NCBI GenBank assembly: GCA_963704885.1 | Contig: CAVPIB010000016.1 | Coordinates: forward strand, 1 to 44,171 | DNA: 44,171 nucleotides | Direction: 5' to 3' | From: an uncultured Actinomycetes bacterium | Lineage (GTDB): Bacteria > Actinomycetota > UBA4738 > HRBIN12 | In this document: one piece after another, positions 38,007 to 44,171 of the stretch | How the letters are laid out: the number at the start of each line of letters is the position of its first letter | Numbering within the stretch: position 1 is the first letter of the stretch | Notes under the pieces: generated by a model | Database searches by the model: none | What the model saw: the letters and a program-made list of their open reading frames with translations, nothing else | What the model was told of the DNA's origin: nothing | Made by a program: the position numbers and the translations under genes

Positions 38007-38747
38007 TCAAGCGTCGGCGATCAACGCGTAGCGAGGACGTCTCCTTAGCCACCCCAGCGGCCACGGATCGCGCTGCTCCACGGCCCACTCCACGTCCCGC
38101 AGCCGCGCGATGCGGACGCGGGTCCATCCGGCCTCCTGGATGGCGGCGACGAACGGCGCCGGGGAGCTGGTGCTCCGGAGCGGTAGATGCTCCAACACCT
38201 CGGGCGGATAAGGCCCGTGGTGGTCGTTTTCGGACCCCAGCACCTTCCGCAGGAGCTCCGAGGCCGCGTCCCTGAGCTCAACGAACGGGCCCTCACCGCC
38301 CCACGAACCCTCGAAGACCGCCAGCCTGCCACCGGGGACGACCCGCCGCCTCCAGCCTTCTAGGGCGACCACGGGCTCCGACAGCGTCCAGAGGACATGA
38401 CGCTCCATCACGGCATCGAACGGACCTTCGGGTGGCTCTGCCGCCGCACCCTCCACGAAGGACATCTCCAGACCGGCGGTCGCGGCCTTCTCACGGGCCT
38501 TCGCCAGCATGCCTGCCGACAGGTCCACCCCTGTGACCTGGTGGCCGAGCTCGGCCGCCAGGAGCGCGAGCGCGCCGGTCCCGGTCCCGACGTCCAAGAC
38601 ACGAGACGGAGGAGCGGGCAGCGCCCGTTCGAGTACGGCTCGCCACGCGGCCCGCTCGACGGCGTCCGACAGCGCGTGACCCGCGGAGGAATCGTAGGTG
38701 GCAGCGTCTGCATCCCACCAATCTCGGATCTGCTCGTGGACACCCAC
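38007..38747 (-). CDS. Class I SAM-dependent methyltransferase
   Basis: VLDVGTGTG, VTGVDLSAGML, FDAVMERHVLW. Confidence 0.92.
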   Translation of the reverse strand: MGVHEQIRDWWDADAATYDSSAGHALSDAVERAAWRAVLERALPAPPSRVLDVGTGTGALALLAAELGHQVTGVDLSAGMLAKAREKAATAGLEMSFVEGAAAEPPEGPFDAVMERHVLWTLSEPVVALEGWRRRVVPGGRLAVFEGSWGGEGPFVELRDAASELLRKVLGSENDHHGPYPPEVLEHLPLRSTSSPAPFVAAIQEAGWTRVRIARLRDVEWAVEQRDPWPLGWLRRRPRYALIADA

Positions 38748-38769
38748 AGCTGGCCTCGTCTCCGGTCCT

Positions 38770-39573
38770 TCAGAACAGGGCGTTCGTCAGCTTCCGTCGG
38801 AACTCGATGACGAGTAGGTCGTCGTCGCCGCGGACCGAGAACACGTCGACCATGGCGGCCCGCGCCGCGTCGCGGTCGTCGTCGAGCAGCACCAGCATCG
38901 CCTCTAGGGCCTCCCTGATGCTGCCTCGTGCGGCCAGCAGCTTCGCGGCATCCAGGGGTCCAGCCCCGTCCAGCGCGCCCCACTCACCCACTCGGATCGC
39001 CGATGCCACACCTTCCGCCTCGGCGTCTGGGAGATGCGGAGCGATCAACTCACGCGCCTCGTCCAGGTCGCCCCGCTCGGCTAACAGTCGAGCCAGTCCG
39101 ACGGCGGCCTCTCGGTTGGCGGGTTCCTTCACTAGCGCCTCTCTGTACCCGGCCTCCGCGCTTTCCAGATCACCGGATGCTTCCTCGATCCGCGCTTCGT
39201 CGGCGACCAACTCCGCCTCCGAAGGCAGGATCGCATCGATGAACGCGTTCACCTCCTGTTCGGGGTACGCGCCGATGAACATGCTGACGGGCTCGCCGCC
39301 GCTGAACGCCACGACCGTGGGGATGCCTTGGCTCTTGACGGCCTGAAGCAAGGCGTTGCCTACCTGGTTGGCATCGATATCCAGCTTCGCCAGAAGGAAC
39401 GCGCCCTCGCGCTCGCTCGCCACCTTCTCCAGGATCGGGCCGAGGGTCCGGCACGGACCACACCAGGCGGCCCACAGGTCCACGACCACCGGCCGCGCCT
39501 TCGAACCCTCCACGACGATCTGTTCGAAGTCCTGGTCGGTGACTTCGACGACGTGCTGCTCGGTGATGCTCAT
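38770..39573 (-). CDS. Thioredoxin-TPR chaperedoxin (YbbN/CnoX-like)
   Basis: VVDLWAAWCGPC, QGIPTV, helical TPR region, C-terminal RRKLTNALF. Confidence 0.9.
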   Translation of the reverse strand: MSITEQHVVEVTDQDFEQIVVEGSKARPVVVDLWAAWCGPCRTLGPILEKVASEREGAFLLAKLDIDANQVGNALLQAVKSQGIPTVVAFSGGEPVSMFIGAYPEQEVNAFIDAILPSEAELVADEARIEEASGDLESAEAGYREALVKEPANREAAVGLARLLAERGDLDEARELIAPHLPDAEAEGVASAIRVGEWGALDGAGPLDAAKLLAARGSIREALEAMLVLLDDDRDAARAAMVDVFSVRGDDDLLVIEFRRKLTNALF

Positions 39574-39666
39574 GGTTCAAGCGTACGAGACGATCGCCGG
39601 AATCGCCTGAGCCGGAGGGCGTTCAGGACGAGGATCACCTCATGATCGGTGGTCACCGCCATCGCT

Positions 39667-39942
39667 CTACCTCCCGGCCAGACGTGCAACCGCTGCCATA
39701 AGCTCTTCGACCTTCTCGTCTCCTTCGCCCTGCTCGATGCTCTCCGTCACGCAATGGCGCACATGCCCGTCCAGCAGCCCCATACCCACGGCCTTCAACG
39801 CTGCGGTGACCGAGCTCATCTGCGTCAGGATGTCGATGCAGTAAGTGTCATCGTCGACCATCCGCTGGAGCCCGCGGACCTGTCCCTCGATCCGTCGCAG
39901 ACGGTCCTGGAGGTCCTTCCTGTTCATCGAGTAGCCGACCAT
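39667..39942 (-). CDS. csoR: CsoR-family metal-sensitive repressor
   Basis: RLRRIEGQVRGL, YCIDILTQ and HVRHCV (C-H-C copper ligands). Confidence 0.9.
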   Translation of the reverse strand: MVGYSMNRKDLQDRLRRIEGQVRGLQRMVDDDTYCIDILTQMSSVTAALKAVGMGLLDGHVRHCVTESIEQGEGDEKVEELMAAVARLAGR

Positions 39943-39982
39943 CACTCACCTCTTTCGTCTATCGCGAGCGTGGGGACGAACG

Positions 39983-39999
39983 GTACCCCCCCGAGGTAT
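39983..39999. promoter_or_regulatory. CsoR operator-like site upstream of csoR
   Basis: TACCCCCCCGAGGTA: TACC...GGTA ends around a C tract. Confidence 0.7.
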
Positions 40000-40000
40000 C

Positions 40001-40165
40001 TCACATCCCCCGAGAGGCCGAGCCCCCGTCCAGGTATCCCTGCGGATCGCTCCTGAATCGGTCGAAACACCCGACCGAACAGAAGTAGTAGGTCGTTCCC
40101 TCGTGATCCCAGGCTGCTGCCGCCTCAGACTGCTCCACCGCCATGCCGCATACCGGGTCCACCAT
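40001..40165 (-). CDS. Small stand-alone YHS-domain protein
   Basis: DPVCGM...YYFCSVGC...F..DP..Y; SD AGGAGG before ATG 40165. Confidence 0.88.
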   Translation of the reverse strand: MVDPVCGMAVEQSEAAAAWDHEGTTYYFCSVGCFDRFRSDPQGYLDGGSASRGM

Positions 40166-40203
40166 CTCGTCCTCCTCGATCGTCTCTGTGCCCTCACGAT
40201 AGC

Positions 40204-40220
40204 ATACCCCCCCAGGGTAC
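40204..40220. promoter_or_regulatory. CsoR operator-like site upstream of the YHS gene
   Basis: TACCCCCCCAGGGTA overlapping a minus-strand TATGCT -10 hexamer (40206-40201). Confidence 0.75.
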
Positions 40221-40301
40221 CGGCCTATGGTCATCGGCGACCCGAGCTCTTCGCGGTGGAGGCCGATGCTAGACTCGACGCACGGTGCGAGGAGGCTCGA
40301 C

Positions 40302-41312
40302 GTGTCGACGCGGGTGACGCAGACCCCACACGAGGCTCTCGGGCTCTCCACTCAAGACGTCCTCGCCATGTATCGCACGGCCGTCGCCGCCCGCCTGCTC
40401 GACGAAGCAGCTTTCCGTCAGAACCGCATGGGTCGGGCACCGTTCGTGGTACCGGTATCGGGACACGAGGGATGCCAGATCGGAACGGCCTGGCCGATGC
40501 GTCGCGGAACCGACATCTGGCTCCCCTACTACCGCGATCTGGCGGTTGTTCTGGTGGCAGGCATGACCCCCTACGAGGTCTTCCTCGGGATCTTCTCCAA
40601 GGCCGACGACCCATCGTCCGGCGGCCGCCAGATGCCGGCGCACTGGGGCTCTCGACGCCTAGGGATCATCAGTGGCTCATCCCCTATCGCTACGCAGGTG
40701 CCGCACGCGGCCGGCGTCGCCTACGCCGTGAAGTACCGGAACGAGGACACGGTGGTGGGCTGCTGGTTCGGGGATGGAGCCACCAGCGAAGGCGATTGGC
40801 ATGAGGGGTTGAACTTCGCGGGCGTCCACAAGCTACCGGTGATCTTCGTCTGCGAGAACAACCACTACGCGATCAGCGTCCCGCAGTCGAAGCAGATGGC
40901 CATCAAGGACGTGGCCGAACGAGCCCAGGGCTACGGGTTCCCCGGCGTCGTGGTGGACGGGAACGACGTGCTCGCGTGCTACGCCGCGATGAAGCAGGCT
41001 CACGAGCGCGCCCGCTCGGGTGAAGGCCCAACCCTGATCGAGTGCAAGACCTACCGCTTCCAGCCGCATACGAGCGACGACGACGATCGGAGCTACCGGA
41101 GTCGCGAGGAGGTCGAGGAGGCTCGTCACCATGATCCGATCGTCCGGTTCGGCGCCTACCTGGCCGAACACGGCGTGTTGGACCAGCCGGGGCAGGACGA
41201 GTTGCGCGCGGAGATCAAGAGCGGCATCGACGCGGATATCGCCGCCGCGTGGGAGGCGGCGGACCCCGATCCTGCCACGGCCCTGCGCCACGTATTCGCC
41301 GAGGACTCATGA
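40302..41312 (+). CDS. 2-oxoacid dehydrogenase E1 alpha subunit (branched-chain type likely)
   Basis: SGHEG, PYYRD, SGGRQMPAH, FGDGATSEG...ENNHYAIS, YRFQPHTSDDD; SD AGGAGG before GTG 40302. Confidence 0.93.
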   Translation: MSTRVTQTPHEALGLSTQDVLAMYRTAVAARLLDEAAFRQNRMGRAPFVVPVSGHEGCQIGTAWPMRRGTDIWLPYYRDLAVVLVAGMTPYEVFLGIFSKADDPSSGGRQMPAHWGSRRLGIISGSSPIATQVPHAAGVAYAVKYRNEDTVVGCWFGDGATSEGDWHEGLNFAGVHKLPVIFVCENNHYAISVPQSKQMAIKDVAERAQGYGFPGVVVDGNDVLACYAAMKQAHERARSGEGPTLIECKTYRFQPHTSDDDDRSYRSREEVEEARHHDPIVRFGAYLAEHGVLDQPGQDELRAEIKSGIDADIAAAWEAADPDPATALRHVFAEDS

Positions 41313-41325
41313 TCGGCTGGACGTC

Positions 41326-42315
41326 GTGACCGAGAAGAACGTCGTCGCGGCGATCCGCGACGCGCTGCATGACGAGCTGGCGAGCGACGAGCGCGTGATC
41401 CTGCTGGGAGAAGATGTGGGGGCGCGCGGTGGGGTGTTCCGGATCTCCGACGGGTGGATGGCCGAGTTCGGCGAGCACCGGATCATCGACACCCCGCTCG
41501 CGGAGTCCGGGATCGTGGGCGTGGCGATCGGGATGGCGATACACGGACTCCTCCCGGTCGCCGAGATCCAGTTCGCGGACTTCATCCACCCTGCGTTCGA
41601 TCAGATCGTTTCCGAGGCAGCACGTATGCGGTACCGGTCGAACGGGGACTTCGGGGTCCCGCTCGTGATCCGAACGCCGTACGGAGGAGGGATCCATGGG
41701 GCGCTGTACCACTCGCAATCGATCGAGGCGTTCTACGCCCACGTCCCCGGCCTGAAGGTCGTCATGCCCTCCACACCGGCAGACGCCGCCGGGCTTCTCC
41801 GAAGCGCCATCCGCGACCCCGATCCGGTGCTCTTCCTCGAGCACAAGAAGACCTATCGAGCCGTCAAGGGCGACGTTCCCGACGAGCCTACCGAGATACC
41901 CATCGGGGTCGCCGACGTGAAGCGTGAGGGAACGGACCTGTCGGTGATCACGTACGGTTACGAGCTCCACCGCTGTCTCGAGGCCGCCCAGCGGCTCGAG
42001 GAGGACGAGCACGTTTCCGTGGAGGTCCTCGACGTGCGGACGATCGCACCGCTCGACATCGAGAGCATCCTGAGCTCTGTACGCAAGACGTCCAGGGCCA
42101 TGGTCGTCTACGAAGACAACCGTTCGTTCGGCGCCGGCGCGGAGATCGCGGCGACGATCGCCGAGCAGGTTATGTTCGACCTCGATGCACCCATCGTGCG
42201 GATAGGTGGGCCCGACATCCCCGCCATGCCGTTCGCAGCTCCGCTCGAGCACTTCTACATCGAGCCGGAGCCGGATCACATCTACCGGCAGATGCTGGCG
42301 CTGGCGCGCTTCTGA
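41326..42315 (+). CDS. 2-oxoacid dehydrogenase E1 beta subunit
   Basis: LGEDVGARGGVF, DTPLAE, EIQFADF, HGALYHSQS, LEHKKTY. Confidence 0.93.
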   Translation: MTEKNVVAAIRDALHDELASDERVILLGEDVGARGGVFRISDGWMAEFGEHRIIDTPLAESGIVGVAIGMAIHGLLPVAEIQFADFIHPAFDQIVSEAARMRYRSNGDFGVPLVIRTPYGGGIHGALYHSQSIEAFYAHVPGLKVVMPSTPADAAGLLRSAIRDPDPVLFLEHKKTYRAVKGDVPDEPTEIPIGVADVKREGTDLSVITYGYELHRCLEAAQRLEEDEHVSVEVLDVRTIAPLDIESILSSVRKTSRAMVVYEDNRSFGAGAEIAATIAEQVMFDLDAPIVRIGGPDIPAMPFAAPLEHFYIEPEPDHIYRQMLALARF

Positions 42316-42387
42316 CCGCCCCCGCGCCAGGTCGAAACGACGCCCAGCACCACCCGGCTAGCGTTCGTTTGCCCTATCCGCCCTGGT

Positions 42388-42414
42388 TCAGGGCGCCTGT
42401 TGCTACGTCGATAA
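42388..42414 (+). promoter_or_regulatory. sigma28/WhiG-like promoter candidate
   Basis: TCAG-N15-GTCGATAA; shares GTCGATAAC with the site at 13379. Confidence 0.4.
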
Positions 42415-42429
42415 CTCCCGAAGACGGCT

Positions 42430-44171
42430 GTGGACAAGCGGAAGAACTCGTCGAGTCGATCGAAGGGGTCTGCGGGCGCGCGTCGGGATCTGCTCGTGAT
42501 CTCGATCTGTGCCCTGGCCGCCTTCTCCATCGGCGTGGGCTTCGACCTCTTCGGTCGCGCTCACGCCTGGTTGATCTCGAGCGGGCCGGTCGCGGCTGGA
42601 AACATCCTCGCGGTGATCGTTGTCCTGGTGTTCGCCTTCGGGCTCTTCTCGATCCGCACCCTCCGCCGAGCGGAGCGGGAGGGTGAGCTCCGCGAAGAGA
42701 GCGAGAACCGCTACCAGGCCATGGTGGAGCGCGTCCCGGCGGTGGCGTACACGTGGGACTCGAGCGAAACGGTCGACGTGGATCCCGCCCTCTACATCAG
42801 CCCCCAGATCGAGGTGCTGCTCGGCTACACGGCGGAGGATTGGACCCGCGATCCCACCATGTGGAAGCAGAGCACACATCCGCTCGATCTCGAACACGTG
42901 CTCCAGGCGTGGAAGGACGCCTCGACCCGTGGGGTGACCTTCGCAGCCGAGTATCGGCTTCGAGCCGCCGACGGACACTGGGTCTGGATCCGCGACGAGG
43001 CGGTCCCGATCTCGGCCGGTGCTCGGGGTCGCCCGATCTATCAAGGCGTCATGGTCGACATCACCGAGCAGAAGCGGAGCGAGCAGCGGCTCCGCCAGCT
43101 GGTCGAGGAGCTGCCGGTCGTCACGTATCTGGCCGAAGGGCTTGACGAGGGCGAGGCTCACCCCCTTCCCTACATGGCTCCCGGGATCCTCGAGTTGACG
43201 GGTCACTCCGCGGAGGAGTGGATGAGCCGGCCCGATCTCTGGCGGTCGATGGTCCACCCCGACGATCGTGAGCGGGTCTTCGAGGAGGATCGAGCGACGG
43301 AGCGTACCGGGGATCGATTCGAGATCGAGTACCGATTCGTTCGCGACGACGGCCGAGTGGTGTGGGTCCACGACAAGGCGGTGCTCGTCGATCGCGACGG
43401 TGGCTGGCCCATCTGGCAGGGCATCATCGAAGACATCACCGCTCGACGAGAGGCTGGGGAACGACTGCGGGAAGCGGAGGAGCGGTACCGCTACCTGGTG
43501 GAGCGACTGCCCACAGCCGTCTACATCGACGCCAACGATGCGGTCGCCAGCGCCATCTACATCAGCCCTCAATACGAGCGGTTGACCGGCTACTCGCCGC
43601 AGGAGCGGCTGGCGGATCCGGATCTCTGGACCCGCATGCTCCACCCTGACGATCGCGACCGAGTGTTGGCCGAGTCAGATCGTGTGAACGACACGGGCGA
43701 ACCCTTCGACGTGGAGTACCGACTGAGGACCAAGGACGAGCGCATCGTCTGGGTCCACGACCTCGCGTACCAGTTGGAGGGTCAAGACGGGAGCCCCTGC
43801 TGGCAGGGAGTCCTGACGGATATCACCCAGCGGAAGCTGACCGAGGCCGCACTCGCGCGACGCGACAACATCCTCGAGGCGATGGGTCATGCCGCCGAGC
43901 GCTTCCTCGGTGTGTCGTCGTGGACCGAAGCGATCACCGACGTCTTGGCGGCCCTCGGGCGAGCAGGCGGCGCCAGCCGAGCGGCCGTCTACCGACGGGT
44001 GGATGACGATGAAGGAAGGCCGGGGATCGAACTGGTGGCGGAATGGACGGCAGAGGGTGTCGCACCGCTCGCGGACATCGTGAGGGATCAGCGGTTCGGG
44101 TTCGAGGAGGTGGGACTGGCGCGATGGGCCGACGTCTTCGAGGCCGGCGATCCCATCAACACGCTGGTGGA
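42430..44171 (+). CDS. Membrane-anchored multi-PAS/GAF sensor protein, truncated at the window end
   Basis: Hand-translated open frame from GTG 42430: two TM segments, three PAS-PAC units (Y(I/M)(S/A)P, HPxD, EYR, W(I/V)xD, DIT) and then a GAF-like region; no stop before 44171. Confidence 0.9.
   Translation, partial: MDKRKNSSSRSKGSAGARRDLLVISICALAAFSIGVGFDLFGRAHAWLISSGPVAAGNILAVIVVLVFAFGLFSIRTLRRAEREGELREESENRYQAMVERVPAVAYTWDSSETVDVDPALYISPQIEVLLGYTAEDWTRDPTMWKQSTHPLDLEHVLQAWKDASTRGVTFAAEYRLRAADGHWVWIRDEAVPISAGARGRPIYQGVMVDITEQKRSEQRLRQLVEELPVVTYLAEGLDEGEAHPLPYMAPGILELTGHSAEEWMSRPDLWRSMVHPDDRERVFEEDRATERTGDRFEIEYRFVRDDGRVVWVHDKAVLVDRDGGWPIWQGIIEDITARREAGERLREAEERYRYLVERLPTAVYIDANDAVASAIYISPQYERLTGYSPQERLADPDLWTRMLHPDDRDRVLAESDRVNDTGEPFDVEYRLRTKDERIVWVHDLAYQLEGQDGSPCWQGVLTDITQRKLTEAALARRDNILEAMGHAAERFLGVSSWTEAITDVLAALGRAGGASRAAVYRRVDDDEGRPGIELVAEWTAEGVAPLADIVRDQRFGFEEVGLARWADVFEAGDPINTLV

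Overview
High-GC bacterial chromosomal DNA, most consistent with an Actinomycetota lineage (TANNNT leaderless starts, CsoR boxes, gcvT-lpdA-E2-lipB synteny); the taxon is inferred. Left arm (1-11.7 kb): carbonic anhydrase and rhodanese behind a candidate Cys-leader attenuator, SufT, a two-component pair, a lipoprotein, gcvT and an lpdA-E1a-E1b-E2-lipB operon. Right arm (38-44 kb): methyltransferase, CnoX-like thioredoxin, CsoR plus a YHS protein, a second E1a/E1b pair and a truncated multi-PAS/GAF sensor missing from the ORF track. Between them is a ~26 kb accessory block (11.8-38.0 kb), the best candidate for an undescribed system: a sulfated-polysaccharide locus (Wzx, Wzc, GT2, PssD/PssE, three sulfotransferase domains, an APH-like kinase, a secreted sulfatase) surrounded by six large secreted proteins (GH26-like, beta-propeller, RCC1) that end in two types of shared C-terminal beta-sandwich domain. 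The first of these is preceded by a sigma28/WhiG-like promoter and a variant c-di-GMP-I riboswitch. Three or four single-base frameshifts in this block may be sequencing errors. No rRNA, tRNA, CRISPR array or transposase was recognised.
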